Assembly: GCA_963665235.2 (NCBI GenBank)
Contig: CAXXLX010000001.1
Span: 416,001 to 480,000, forward strand
Direction of reading: 5' to 3'
DNA length: 64,000 nt
Origin: Candidatus Poribacteria bacterium
GTDB lineage: Bacteria > Poribacteria > WGA-4E > WGA-3G
Shown: positions 28,477 to 39,221 of the stretch, piece after piece
Numbering within the stretch: position 1 is the stretch's first letter
Layout: the number at the start of each line of letters is the position of its first letter
Notes under the pieces: generated by a model
What the model was told of the DNA's origin: nothing
Database searches by the model: none
What the model saw: the letters and a program-made list of their open reading frames with translations, nothing else
Translations under genes and position numbers: made by a program

Positions 28477-28665
28477 ACTTTCTCTTTTCTCCACATCGTA
28501 GGGGCGAGGTCCCCTCGCCCGCTAGGTTTCCCTATTATTTGGAAGCTGTTGGAAACCTATGGCAGATGGCAAGAGGCAGAGCCCTCTTTTCTTTCTTATA
28601 TTTCTTGCTAATTGCCAATCGCTAATTGCTAATCGCCAATGAGCCAATCGCCAATCGCCAACAGC

Positions 28666-28885
28666 TATTTCAATTTCATCATCTTGAGGATGTGCGTTTG
28701 GTCTCCTTCGCCTTCGAATCTTCTGATATTTCCTTGCGGTTCGTTAAGGACATAAGTCAAAAAAAGTTCTCTTGCGTATATCCAGCCCGGCACGTTGTTT
28801 GGGCTTACAGTTTCGATATTCCTTACGGTTCAAATTATTTCAATTTCATCATCTTGAGGATGTGCGTTTGGTCTCCTTCGCCTTC
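28666..28885. repeat. 50-bp direct duplication of the 3' end of the C25 gene
   Basis: 28666-28715 is identical to 28836-28885. Confidence 0.9.
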
Positions 28886-31800
28886 AAATCCTTTGACGTT
28901 AATTTTTCCGTAGTAGACCCCGTTTGCGACGGGGGTTCCGTTGCTATCTGCGCCATCCCATTTAAGCATGATAAACCCAGCCGGCGCGTCCGTTTCCAGT
29001 TCTCGGATGAGGCGGCCTGTCACAGTATAGATTTTGAGTGTGAGCGCGTCAGCGGGCTGTGTGAGTTCACAAGTGATTGTTGTCTCTTTTGGAAAAGGGT
29101 TCGGATAATTGAGCGGTGCCTGAAGTTGCCGTGTTCCATGCACACGGAAACTGATGTCGTTTTCAGCACTGTTTCCATCGAGGTCACTGGCAGTGAGACG
29201 GACTTGATACTCCCGCGGCTCTAATTTAGGGGACTGATATGTGAGTATAAGTTGTGTCGAGCCTTTGTGCTGTGTGAGTCGGTATTCGGTTTGTGGGATA
29301 GGCTCGAACGCACCAAACGTGCCTAATGAGAGTTGTATGGGGCGCGTGATATAGTCAATACCTCTTTCGTCTGTAAGTGTCGCTTGGATGAGAGGCGCAG
29401 CATCGACCGGGTCTCCGGATTTAAAGTGTTGCTGGTTACCGATTGTGAGTTGTATCTCTGGAGGGAGCGTATCGTCACTCCGTAGACAGGTAAGCGTGCC
29501 TGTAAAGGCTGTTGTTCCTGTAATCGTTCCAACCGTTGCCGTTTTAAATAGAAACCTGTCACCTGCGACGAAGGGTTTTGTGCCTTGTGTGATGTGCAGT
29601 GTCAAGCCGTATTCAGGATATGTAAAAGTTTCTCCGACCGTTCCGTATATAGGTGTCTCGTCCGCTGTTTTTAGAGTGCCAGTTTTTTTCCCCTCAATTT
29701 GGAATTCGGTATTGTTAACAAAGAGAAGCAGCCATTCGTCTATCGGCATCCCTGTCCTTTGGTCGAGTGTCAAGTATCGCATCGCGCCATTCCCTGCGTT
29801 TTGGTTTTTAAAAGACGCAGCGTAGATTTGATATTTGACAGGTGCATTCGGGGTTTCATCAGGTATTTCAAACTGGGCAATACGAAAATGGAAGATGTCA
29901 CCGAACTGAAAAGGCGTTTCGCCGGGTCTGATGTCGAGCGTCCATCCATATTCCATTTCGGATTGTCCGAAACGTACGGATGGAAGTGCTTGCTGCGTTG
30001 CGATTTGTTGTAAGGGGCTGCCTTTTGGGGCATCTTCCGGCCTGAAGAGGACTCTATAGGTGTATTCCGTTTCGAAAAGGATTGTCCAGTGACCTATTTC
30101 TGCTCCATCGGGGTCGATAAGGACATCTGTGAGGCGGCTGTCGCTTATGTTATCGACGCGGATTTGGGTAACCCGTGTTGTTGTCTGAATGTCGCCATTG
30201 GGTGTTTCCTTAAGCGTTGTAGGGAGTTTAACCCAGTTGGCAAGGGAGGCTAGATAGAGGTACGCGCCAATGCTGCGTGTGTGTGCTACTATCCCCGCGG
30301 TGATATTTTCTTCAGGAATAATCGTCCCGACGGGGTCTACAATCACGGTGTCTGATTCATCACCACCAAGGTGTTCCTGGACGACCTGCTGTCGGATGGT
30401 TTCCATATCGAAATCAAGTTCGAAGGTGACAGCGGTCGGAAGTGTGTCAGCACCGCTATCCACTTGCAATTTGTAACCGGTGATAGCTGTGTAGGTCGAG
30501 TTGCCTGTAGGAGCGAGCTGTGCTCGCGACCGTCCGCCAGGCAAAACTACGGGTGAGAGAAGTGCTGTGCCAGCGGTGTTAGCGGGTAATCCGTTAGCGG
30601 GTAGATTCGGGTTCTGCTCCCATGTCCCATCCGCTAGCGGGGCGGATATTGTGGAAGCGATGGGCTGCACAGTAAGAACAGCGGGACGTTGTGCGCCTAT
30701 CGCTACAGCAGGCACTCGGAGCCGGAGCCCGCCATCGAGACTATCAATTTGTGTTGGCACCTCACCGATGTGTTGGCTAGCGACAGTTAATTGCCTGTAA
30801 CCTATATTATCTGTTTCGTCATTTTCGAGGAGGGCTCCGGGCGTGTCAGCTGTGTTGAAGATAGGGTCGACGTAAACGAACACGTCATAGGTGCCGCCAC
30901 GCAATGCTATCGGTATAGATGCAGTTGCAATAGGGTTCGTGTTGAGTGGCTGCACGGTGTATGCGGTTGTTGTATCTACCAATGGATTTCCGGCTGTCCA
31001 ATCGTCGGCGGTGAGTTGTATTTCTCCTATCAGGTGTGCGTCCGTATCTATGATAGCATCTTCGTCCTTATCGGGGTTACCGTGAAAGAACGCAACATTG
31101 ACAGAAGGCATAGCTGAATCCGTTTCATCATGCCCCGCCATTTCAATATCCGCTGAGAGATGCCACTGATAAGCAGCAGCGGATGCCCCGGGCGGGACAG
31201 ATTTGAGCGTATAATAGATGTGTCCTGCCTTGGTGTCTCGATTGAAAACGACTGAGAGGTTCGGGTATAGGTATGGATAAAATTTATGGATGTCGCTTAT
31301 GACAGTGTGTCCATCTGTATCGGTGACCTGAATTTCATATCGGAAGGCGCGTCCATCTGTTGGAACAGGTAGCGGCTCCCGCAAGTGCCACCATCTTGCA
31401 CCGGTATCGCTAACTGTTTCAACGGGCTGGAGCGATACTTTTTCCCAAGTGTGAGTTTTCGGATTCCGCCACTCTACCTCGACAGTGCTGATTAGGTTTT
31501 TATCATCGGAGACCTGTACAGCGAGTGTGAGCGTGTCTTTGGAAACTAATTCGGGACGGATATCCAGTATTTTGGGGACGTTGACAGTGAATCCATCCCC
31601 GCCGACAGCGATTTCGGTAGCATTTTCACCGTAGTATTCTACGTGTGCATCGCCGGGAGAGATATTGTGCGGAACAGCAATATCAACAGCCGGATAGCTC
31701 CCTTGCCTCACGGCGACTGTCTTTGTGACGAGCACATCTCCGGTGTAAAATTCCTTGGGTACCCCTGTTTTATCTATCCCGGTGGCGTGTTTTCCGGGGA

Positions 31801-34800
31801 AAACGGCTTTGACAGTGAGGTCTCCATTGAAATGTGTATTGCGTTTGAAAACCTTCCGTTTCGCTATGGGGTCATACCTGACGTTCTGAATGAAGCCTGG
31901 GGCGATTTTGAGGGTGTCCCCGGCTTTGACAGTTTTGGTTCTGATTTCGGGGCGGATTTCGTAATCTGCCATGGCGATACGCATCGCGGGGTCACCGAAA
32001 AGCGTATATTCCATCATAATATCTAATTGGGATGTGCCTTCGGTGAGCAGGTATTCCAGCTTGGCATCGAAGGTGAGCGGCCCGAGTTGTCGGACATCGC
32101 GTTTAAAGAGCAAAGAAAAAATGATGCGGTTGAGTGCATCGTTGCCATCGCCATAAGTGAGACGTGTCGCGCTTAGCATTCCGATAATACCCCCGCGTGC
32201 TTTACGGAACAATTTTTCTGCAAGGCTCGGTTCGCCCGGGGCATCAAAGTAGCCGTTATAGCAGCTGAGCACGAGCATAAAAGGGGGCCCGCCGGTCTCC
32301 TGTAGTTTTTCGACGGCGGCATTGTCAAAAATCGCCTCATGTGCCCAGACAATGCGTCCGCCGTGTCCTGCATATTGTGCAATGACAGCCCCTTCACCTA
32401 ATGCGGTCGTAATCCGTTCCCGTGCGACGCGTTGCGGAAGCTGTCCATCGTGTTTGTCCGGATTGGCTTCAACCTCATCTATAACATCCTCAAGGAATAT
32501 TTCCACAGTTTCATAACCGAGCAACGTATGATTTTTGGCGATTTCGTCTAGGCTCTTTTTGAAAATAAAATCGCCAGAGTTGTTGACTTCATCGTCTGCG
32601 ACAGAGACAATCTTTCGTCGCCAGTCCCCGTTAGGACGTTTTGATTCGTATTGGATGATTTTCTGAACGACCGCGTCTGCTTCCGCTTCGGTTTCCACAC
32701 TGATTCTACCGAGATAGAAATCTACAAATTCATCGTGCCCAGAGACAGTAGCGTACCAGTGGTCCGCTGCGGTTCTCCCAAAGGTAGCGGTGGGGATGTA
32801 GTGTGTCGGGATGTACCCATCCATTTCTGGCGGCTCGGGGTGGAAATCGGTGTCAATACCGCGGAAGTCGTAAGTTCCATCGCCGAAGAGCACGACATAA
32901 GAGAGGGCAGGCGGTGCCCAATTTTGATAGGCGTGCTTGAGAAACGCTTTTATCCACTGCGGGTGGACGGTCCCATCGCCGAAGCTGTTGTAAACAGTAT
33001 TGATATCGACCACCTTGGTTCGGTATCCCCCTCCACTACTACCTCCGCGCCAGGTTGCCAATCTATCGGCTGCGTCTTGAAATTTAGGGTGTGTAAGGAT
33101 GAGATAGTCAACGCTGTTTGCAGCACTTCGGACATCGACAGGCGGGACAGCCTCAACGCGGACAGGTGCACGAAGTGCTGTTTCGGAAACGGCAATGTAT
33201 TTTGCAGAGCGGGTATCAGGCACTTGGAACATCACCGTGTACGTGTGATTAGGTACAGCCGTTTGGTCGCCAGAGCCGAGTGCCAGCAAACGTGCGTTCA
33301 TAGCCGCATCGGTTGGCTGGGCTCCAATGTGAACACCCGTGAGCCTGGCGGTCAGCCTTTTGCCATCGGTTTCAAAGACAGAGATATTCGGGTTTAAAAA
33401 CGCATCAATCCGGTATTGGTGATTCCGTCCCTCTCCGGGTTTTGTCGGTGAGGCAAAGCGGAGCTGGTCATCAACTGCCATGAAAAGACGTGTGTACTCT
33501 ACCCAAAATCGGTTGAGATAGATGTGATACGGATAACGCGTCGTATCCTCTTCAAAGGTAGTGTCAATGCGGGTTAGCGAGAGGATATTGGTGTCCCCAG
33601 CAGATGCATCTTTGAAGTTATTCCAAGCACGCAATTGCTTTGAAACCGTGGTCTGCTCCTGGTAATCCCACCTGGCAAGGTCTCCTATCCGTATGCCGTT
33701 GACAGCAGCTAAGATTTCATGGCGAACAGGTGTCCCACCTTGGAGGACAACATGTATCTCCGGCGGTTCGAAACTTTTAGCAAGGTCATAGACTTTGAAC
33801 GGCAACCGCAGTTCACCTACATCGGCAGCATTTTTAATACCGGCCCAATACCAGAAGTCTAAAGCATCAAACCAGCGGTGTATGTCGCTGGCAGGCCCGG
33901 TCTTAGGATGGACGAATTCAAGGTTGTTCGTCAGATGGTCCTCCTCAAAGATGATGCGGGACCGGAAGGTGGGCACTTGCACAGCAGTTGCATCCCCAAG
34001 ACCTGCATTTTGTAGCGGGATGCGAGCAGCAACCGTTTTGGTGGAGTCCGGAGATACGTGCAGCCAATAGACACTCCAGCGGGTGTAGGCATTCTTCGGG
34101 AACGGGCTCTCCGGGTCAGTGGAACCGTGTGCAAGGAAAAAGAGCGCATCGGTTGCGTCGAAACGGTTATCCGAAGTACCGCTGATATGAATAGGTATGT
34201 CCTGGCCCGCCCGCGTGATGCGGAGTCTACGCGGGTCTATTCCCAAAAGGTCTACACCCCAAGTGTCGCGGAGGCCCGCTGCAGTGAGTCGATAGATGCC
34301 TGTTTTATCCACGGCTATCTTGTAACGTGTTTGGTGCTGTTCCGGTGCGCTAGGTGCCGCAGGGGCAGCGGATATCCGAGACAGGCCGGGCTGCCGAAAG
34401 GCACGGGCTGCTTCGTAATTGAGCAGGAGCCGCGCAAGGGTCGGCTCATAAAGCGATGACAGAGAAGTCTCCGTACTCATCGAATAGAGGTGCCCACTAC
34501 TCGACCGAAAACGGATAACAACGGTGAGCTGTTGATAGGCACGTACCTCCTGCCTAGCGACGTGATACTGTACCGGATACAACGCAAGACTGATGACGCG
34601 CTGGGAACGGATGTAACCATCGGTTTCTATACTTGCAAAGGTAGTTGGATACGCAGCAGCGGGCTGCGACCGATTCACAGTTTTGCCGCCCTTCGCCTGA
34701 AGCCGGATACCGCTACGGGTTTGCACAGGACCGACCTGAACCGATATGTCTTCAGAACTCAGTTGGATATCGGTAGGTACGCCTAACAGCACACGCGTGA

Positions 34801-35128
34801 CAGGCATCTTGGGATGCCCCGGTGCCGTTAACCACCCGCAATCTTTGTATGATATTGTATCGTACGGGCTGCCCGATGTGGTACCCTTGGTGACCTGAAG
34901 CGGTGGGAGCGTGAATGTCACTGTAATGCCCTCAGACGCTGTCACGGATGTAACATCTGCAACCGCAGGAAAACCGTAGATAGATAACGTCAGCATGTAA
35001 AAAAGACAGCAAATAGATAAAAACTGAAAAAGAGTGCAAGGTCGCGCTATCGTAGGGGCGAGGTTCCCTCGCCCAAAGATAGTAAGCATACTCCATAAAT
35101 TTCCGTAACAATTTGATGACACCAACAT
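28835..35128 (-). CDS. Large C25 (gingipain/PorU-like) cysteine peptidase with propeptide and C-terminal FlgD-Ig/T9SS-like domain
   Basis: Propeptide-like PGHPKMPV; YKIAVDKTGIYRL; DYLILTH, YVVLFGDGTYD, YAGHG and LSCYNG dyad, YTLFGDPA; C-terminal NYPNPF...IYTVTGRLIREL...WDG.D..G..VANGVY. Exact start uncertain. Confidence 0.85.
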   Translation of the reverse strand: MLVSSNCYGNLWSMLTIFGRGNLAPTIARPCTLFQFLSICCLFYMLTLSIYGFPAVADVTSVTASEGITVTFTLPPLQVTKGTTSGSPYDTISYKDCGWLTAPGHPKMPVTRVLLGVPTDIQLSSEDISVQVGPVQTRSGIRLQAKGGKTVNRSQPAAAYPTTFASIETDGYIRSQRVISLALYPVQYHVARQEVRAYQQLTVVIRFRSSSGHLYSMSTETSLSSLYEPTLARLLLNYEAARAFRQPGLSRISAAPAAPSAPEQHQTRYKIAVDKTGIYRLTAAGLRDTWGVDLLGIDPRRLRITRAGQDIPIHISGTSDNRFDATDALFFLAHGSTDPESPFPKNAYTRWSVYWLHVSPDSTKTVAARIPLQNAGLGDATAVQVPTFRSRIIFEEDHLTNNLEFVHPKTGPASDIHRWFDALDFWYWAGIKNAADVGELRLPFKVYDLAKSFEPPEIHVVLQGGTPVRHEILAAVNGIRIGDLARWDYQEQTTVSKQLRAWNNFKDASAGDTNILSLTRIDTTFEEDTTRYPYHIYLNRFWVEYTRLFMAVDDQLRFASPTKPGEGRNHQYRIDAFLNPNISVFETDGKRLTARLTGVHIGAQPTDAAMNARLLALGSGDQTAVPNHTYTVMFQVPDTRSAKYIAVSETALRAPVRVEAVPPVDVRSAANSVDYLILTHPKFQDAADRLATWRGGSSGGGYRTKVVDINTVYNSFGDGTVHPQWIKAFLKHAYQNWAPPALSYVVLFGDGTYDFRGIDTDFHPEPPEMDGYIPTHYIPTATFGRTAADHWYATVSGHDEFVDFYLGRISVETEAEADAVVQKIIQYESKRPNGDWRRKIVSVADDEVNNSGDFIFKKSLDEIAKNHTLLGYETVEIFLEDVIDEVEANPDKHDGQLPQRVARERITTALGEGAVIAQYAGHGGRIVWAHEAIFDNAAVEKLQETGGPPFMLVLSCYNGYFDAPGEPSLAEKLFRKARGGIIGMLSATRLTYGDGNDALNRIIFSLLFKRDVRQLGPLTFDAKLEYLLTEGTSQLDIMMEYTLFGDPAMRIAMADYEIRPEIRTKTVKAGDTLKIAPGFIQNVRYDPIAKRKVFKRNTHFNGDLTVKAVFPGKHATGIDKTGVPKEFYTGDVLVTKTVAVRQGSYPAVDIAVPHNISPGDAHVEYYGENATEIAVGGDGFTVNVPKILDIRPELVSKDTLTLAVQVSDDKNLISTVEVEWRNPKTHTWEKVSLQPVETVSDTGARWWHLREPLPVPTDGRAFRYEIQVTDTDGHTVISDIHKFYPYLYPNLSVVFNRDTKAGHIYYTLKSVPPGASAAAYQWHLSADIEMAGHDETDSAMPSVNVAFFHGNPDKDEDAIIDTDAHLIGEIQLTADDWTAGNPLVDTTTAYTVQPLNTNPIATASIPIALRGGTYDVFVYVDPIFNTADTPGALLENDETDNIGYRQLTVASQHIGEVPTQIDSLDGGLRLRVPAVAIGAQRPAVLTVQPIASTISAPLADGTWEQNPNLPANGLPANTAGTALLSPVVLPGGRSRAQLAPTGNSTYTAITGYKLQVDSGADTLPTAVTFELDFDMETIRQQVVQEHLGGDESDTVIVDPVGTIIPEENITAGIVAHTRSIGAYLYLASLANWVKLPTTLKETPNGDIQTTTRVTQIRVDNISDSRLTDVLIDPDGAEIGHWTILFETEYTYRVLFRPEDAPKGSPLQQIATQQALPSVRFGQSEMEYGWTLDIRPGETPFQFGDIFHFRIAQFEIPDETPNAPVKYQIYAASFKNQNAGNGAMRYLTLDQRTGMPIDEWLLLFVNNTEFQIEGKKTGTLKTADETPIYGTVGETFTYPEYGLTLHITQGTKPFVAGDRFLFKTATVGTITGTTAFTGTLTCLRSDDTLPPEIQLTIGNQQHFKSGDPVDAAPLIQATLTDERGIDYITRPIQLSLGTFGAFEPIPQTEYRLTQHKGSTQLILTYQSPKLEPREYQVRLTASDLDGNSAENDISFRVHGTRQLQAPLNYPNPFPKETTITCELTQPADALTLKIYTVTGRLIRELETDAPAGFIMLKWDGADSNGTPVANGVYYGKINVKGFEGEGDQTHILKMMKLK

Positions 35129-35391
35129 ATTTCTCCTATTTCTATTGACTATTCCTAATCGCCTTATGCCATTTTTACATTAGTTGCTTAACACTTCGGT
35201 TTTCTTCATTTTTTTTATTGCACAATAAGTATACCAGATTATCAGCAACCGTTTCAACGGAAAACAGAGCGATTCAGCCCTGGGTGTGTAAATATTTTGT
35301 ATCGCGAGCACAACTCGCTCCTCATACTAGAAAGAAGAAAAAAGGTGAGGAGGGAACAGAAGGATGTCGGGGTTGCAAAATTGCAAAATCG

Positions 35392-36372
35392 CTACTGGAC
35401 TTTAAGGAGAATCTTACCGAAATTGCGGTTCGCTTCCATATATTCGTGGGCCTGTCGGGCTTCTGCTAGTGGGAAAACTTTATCAATGATAGGTCGGAGG
35501 GTCCCCGCCTTTAACGCTGGTAACCAGTGCCGGACGAAACGCTGCGTGATAGCGATTTTCTCGTCAAGCGATTGCGGCCGCATCACCGAGCCGATAATCC
35601 GGAGACGCTTTCGCATCACAGTGCCCAGGTTTATTTCTGTCGTTGCACCGCCGATTAATCCAACCTGCAATAGACACCCCTTCGTTTTGAGAATTGCGAG
35701 ATTTTTCTCAAGATAGGGCGCGCCAATAAAATCCAGAACTGTGTCAACCCCCTCACCATCGGTTAATTTCTCAATTTCTGTAACGAAGTCATCAACTTTA
35801 TAGTTAATCCCATCGACTGCCCCTAACTCCTTACATTTTGCTATCTTCTCCGGGGTGCCCGCGGTGACAAAAACGCGCGCGCCTGCATGATGTGCCATCT
35901 GAATCCCGGCACTTCCAACACCACTTCCGCCAGCATGAATCAGGATGGTCTGTCCTGCTGTCAATTTTCCGAGTGTGAACATATTCTCGTTTGCTGTAAA
36001 AAAGACTTCAGGAATTGCTGCTGCCTGTTCGAAAGTCCATTCGTTAGGTATCGGCATTGCCATGCGGTAATCGATGACAGCTTGCTCCGCGTATCCGCCT
36101 CCGCCAACAAGCCCAAAGACGCGGTCCCCTTTGGCAAATCCTGTTACGGCATTGCCCATCGTTGAAACGGTACCGGCGATTTCTAAACCGAGTATTTCCG
36201 ATTCGCCCGGCGGTGGTGGATATCCACCCCTACGTTGTATCAAGTCTACGCGGTTTAGCGCGGTCGCTTTAACATCAATTAGGAGTTGAGTTGCTGTCGG
36301 TTCAGGTGCTAGAACTTCGCCTAATTTTAGAACGTCTGCTTTTCCATCACCCGTTCGGATAATTGCCTTCAT
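35392..36372 (-). CDS. NAD(P)H-quinone oxidoreductase (PIG3-type, MDR family)
   Basis: ALNRVDL.QRRG.YPPPPG, LIHAGGSGVG and AHEYMEAN..FGKI. Confidence 0.93.
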   Translation of the reverse strand: MKAIIRTGDGKADVLKLGEVLAPEPTATQLLIDVKATALNRVDLIQRRGGYPPPPGESEILGLEIAGTVSTMGNAVTGFAKGDRVFGLVGGGGYAEQAVIDYRMAMPIPNEWTFEQAAAIPEVFFTANENMFTLGKLTAGQTILIHAGGSGVGSAGIQMAHHAGARVFVTAGTPEKIAKCKELGAVDGINYKVDDFVTEIEKLTDGEGVDTVLDFIGAPYLEKNLAILKTKGCLLQVGLIGGATTEINLGTVMRKRLRIIGSVMRPQSLDEKIAITQRFVRHWLPALKAGTLRPIIDKVFPLAEARQAHEYMEANRNFGKILLKVQ

Positions 36373-36654
36373 CTGGTTTTTCTCCTCTGCTTTTGCGCTG
36401 TCGGGTTTCGTGCCGAATGCGCGTACAGCATTCGGAAACCTGTTTCAACCCGACCTACAAACTGCTATATTTTAACACATACAGTGGGTTTCTGCCAAGT
36501 TTAAAACGAACAATTAAATCATTATAATGTCTATAATATTGCGCGTATCAGGGAACTTATGCATTGGGAATTGTGTTAAAATATTTTTAGAGAGAAAATA
36601 TTTTCTGTCCCTTAACCTTAAATTTTGAAAATTATCCAAATGTTAGGAGAAAAA

Positions 36655-37215
36655 ATGCAACGTTATATTTTTAGCCTTGGATTGATATTTACAGTTGTTC
36701 TCGCTTTGGGATGCCAACCTAAGACGTTTCAGATGTTGATTGAACCGCAGGAATGGGTGAACATTGCCCTTGAGAAAGGGGTGACTTGTTCCGCCCCGGA
36801 GATGATAGACGGTGATATGGAAACGTTGGGATATGTAGAAATAACCCAGAACAGAGCGAGGGAAACCCGCAGACGCATCGATGTGAAATTACCAGAACGT
36901 AGAACTATCCATCGCGTTGTCTTCCGTGACACTAACATTGCCTATGCAAGAATAGATGCACGCTTAGGGAGCGAAGGTCGGTGGCAGTTCATTCACGACA
37001 TCAAGCATAATACGGAGCCGACGACTGAATTTAAGGTCGGTGTCGCCGCGGATGCGCTCCGAATCTTTGTTCTTAGTACAACCGATGACGTACACAACAA
37101 AAGAGACCTTTTCAGTGATAAGGGGAAGGGCACGCGGCAGAATAAACCGAAGTTAGCGCGGCCCTATATCCATGAACTTGAGGTTTATGGACTTATCCCA
37201 AAAAGTAGCAAATGA
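36655..37215 (+). CDS. Hypothetical lipoprotein (discoidin-like fold possible)
   Basis: AGGAG RBS; lipobox LALGC; NIAL...MIDGD and IHELEVYG. Confidence 0.65.
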   Translation: MQRYIFSLGLIFTVVLALGCQPKTFQMLIEPQEWVNIALEKGVTCSAPEMIDGDMETLGYVEITQNRARETRRRIDVKLPERRTIHRVVFRDTNIAYARIDARLGSEGRWQFIHDIKHNTEPTTEFKVGVAADALRIFVLSTTDDVHNKRDLFSDKGKGTRQNKPKLARPYIHELEVYGLIPKSSK

Positions 37216-37247
37216 GCAGTTGAGTATGCCGTTTCGGCACAAGCAGT

Positions 37248-37823
37248 TCAAATGCCCTGATTCAAAGAGATTAGCGGTTTTGACGCAATTTGAAGGTAAG
37301 TTTCCTCTGTGACAGTGTCCGAGAAAAACGGCGCGAAGAACGTATCGGCAGTTTCCAAAAACGCAGGCAGATTGATACCCATATAGTTGTGCGCTGCCTC
37401 ACCAGACTCCTTAACAACCTGTCGCAATTTATTGCGGCCGGCAGTAGAAAGGGTACGCAACGGCCGCAACATCCGCATGTGATATTTGATTAGCGATGCG
37501 GACACCTGTATTAATCCTTGCAGAAAAAGCCGATACGTATCCTCTGCTTCGTGCCACAAACCCTCCCATGCTTCATGCGCCTCCCACCAATACGCGAAAT
37601 TATACAGGTCCACACCGTATAGGTACGTCTCGTTTTGTTCCCACAGCTCTGGCGGCAGTCCTATATCATCAGAGGTCTCCTCTATACCGTAACTGTGGCC
37701 GCGCGGGTCACGAATCGGATGCGGGGTGACCCCCGGTATGTGACGATATGGCGGAAAATCCTCTTGCGGACAATACCGGGGCCAATTTGCATCGAAAGGG
37801 TGGGGTTGTTTGTAAGTGTCCAT
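37248..37823 (-). CDS. DUF309 domain protein
   Basis: GVDLYN..YWWEAHEAWE.LW and FLQGLIQ. Confidence 0.85.
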   Translation of the reverse strand: MDTYKQPHPFDANWPRYCPQEDFPPYRHIPGVTPHPIRDPRGHSYGIEETSDDIGLPPELWEQNETYLYGVDLYNFAYWWEAHEAWEGLWHEAEDTYRLFLQGLIQVSASLIKYHMRMLRPLRTLSTAGRNKLRQVVKESGEAAHNYMGINLPAFLETADTFFAPFFSDTVTEETYLQIASKPLISLNQGI

Positions 37824-37841
37824 AGTGTTGTGATGTTCGGG

Positions 37842-39200
37842 TTATCTACCGACTCCGCTGTAAAGAAACCCGGCTGCGCGTGCTTCTTGTGGTGCGTAAA
37901 TGTTGCGGCCGTCGATGAGAATCGGTGTTTTCATCTGTTTCGCGAGTTTACGCAGGTCCAATTTATGATAGAGTTCCCACTCGGTAACAAGCAGGAGTGC
38001 ATCCGCATCCGCAGCGATTCGGTATGCGTCCTCGTAGAAATCAACGGAGAGGCCGCTTAGGGCACGTTTTGCGTTTGGAATAGCGATTGGGTCGTGTGCG
38101 CGAACGTTCGCGCCCGCTTCGAGGAGATGTCGGATGATTTCAAGGGCGGGGGCTTCACGCACATCGTCGGTGTTCGGTTTGAAAGCGAGTCCAAGGATAC
38201 CGATAGTTTTTCCATCAAATGTTTTAAGGGTGTTTCGCAATTTTTCAACGATACGCACGCGCTGGCGGAAGTTGACAGTTCGCGCCGCTTCGGTAATCGG
38301 CATGTCGTATTGAGATTGCGCTGCAACGCCTAAGAGAGCAGATGTATCTTTCGGGTAACAACTGCCGCCCCAGCCGAGCCCTGCCCGGAGGAATCGGTGC
38401 CCGATGCGGGAGTCAAGCCCTATACCACGTGCGACCTCTGTTACATCCGCGCCGACATTTTCACATAACCCGGCAATTTCGTTGATGAAACTAATCTTTA
38501 GGGCGAGGAAGGTGTTAGCAGCGTATTTAATCATCTCCGCGCTGTTCGGGTCTGTGGTCATCATCGGTGGCAGATGGTAAGCCGCTGGACGCGGTAACGA
38601 ACTGGGCGGGTCAAACGTCTGTTCCAGTATCGGTTGATAGAGCCGCCGTAATGCATCGATGGCACGATTACAGTTCGCCCCGATGATAATTCTATCTGGA
38701 TAGAACGCACCCTGTAACGCCAACCCTTCCTGCAAAAACTCCGGATTGGAGGCGACAGAGACGTTGCCTTGAATACCGCGCGCGGCAAAGACATCTTCGA
38801 CGACCTTAGCGACGCGCTGATTGGTCCCAATCGGGACAGTGGATTTGATAACAAGGGTATAGTTCTGATTGGGGCGGCAGACCTGTGCAACCTCTCTGGC
38901 GGCTTGTTCTACATGCTGTGTGTCCGCTTCTCCGCTTTTTTTCGGCGGTGTGCCGACAGCAATCAGAATAAGTTCCGCTGCTGGGACTACCTCAGCAACG
39001 CTTGGGGTGAAGCGGATAGCGTGCCGTACCTCGTCAAGCAGCGTCTGGATACCGGGTTCATGGATAGGGCTTTTTCCTGCTTGCAAGCAGCTGAGTTTGG
39101 CGGTGTCTTTGTCCACTGCAGCGACATCGTGATTGAGGTAGGCGAGCACGACCGCTGTCGTCAACCCAACGTATCCTGTCCCAATAATTGCGATTTTCAT
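37842..39200 (-). CDS. ugd: UDP-glucose 6-dehydrogenase family protein
   Basis: IGTGYVGL, KSTVPIGT, SNPEFL, KYAANTFLALKISFINE, GWGGSCYPKD and GLAFKPNTDD.RE. Confidence 0.93.
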   Translation of the reverse strand: MKIAIIGTGYVGLTTAVVLAYLNHDVAAVDKDTAKLSCLQAGKSPIHEPGIQTLLDEVRHAIRFTPSVAEVVPAAELILIAVGTPPKKSGEADTQHVEQAAREVAQVCRPNQNYTLVIKSTVPIGTNQRVAKVVEDVFAARGIQGNVSVASNPEFLQEGLALQGAFYPDRIIIGANCNRAIDALRRLYQPILEQTFDPPSSLPRPAAYHLPPMMTTDPNSAEMIKYAANTFLALKISFINEIAGLCENVGADVTEVARGIGLDSRIGHRFLRAGLGWGGSCYPKDTSALLGVAAQSQYDMPITEAARTVNFRQRVRIVEKLRNTLKTFDGKTIGILGLAFKPNTDDVREAPALEIIRHLLEAGANVRAHDPIAIPNAKRALSGLSVDFYEDAYRIAADADALLLVTEWELYHKLDLRKLAKQMKTPILIDGRNIYAPQEARAAGFLYSGVGR

Positions 39201-39221
39201 GTTTTCTCCGCTTAGAATTTA

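Noticed and set aside
28666-28885. Diversity-generating retroelement TR/VR pair
   Set aside because: No reverse transcriptase nearby, the repeat is short, and the differences are not adenine-specific
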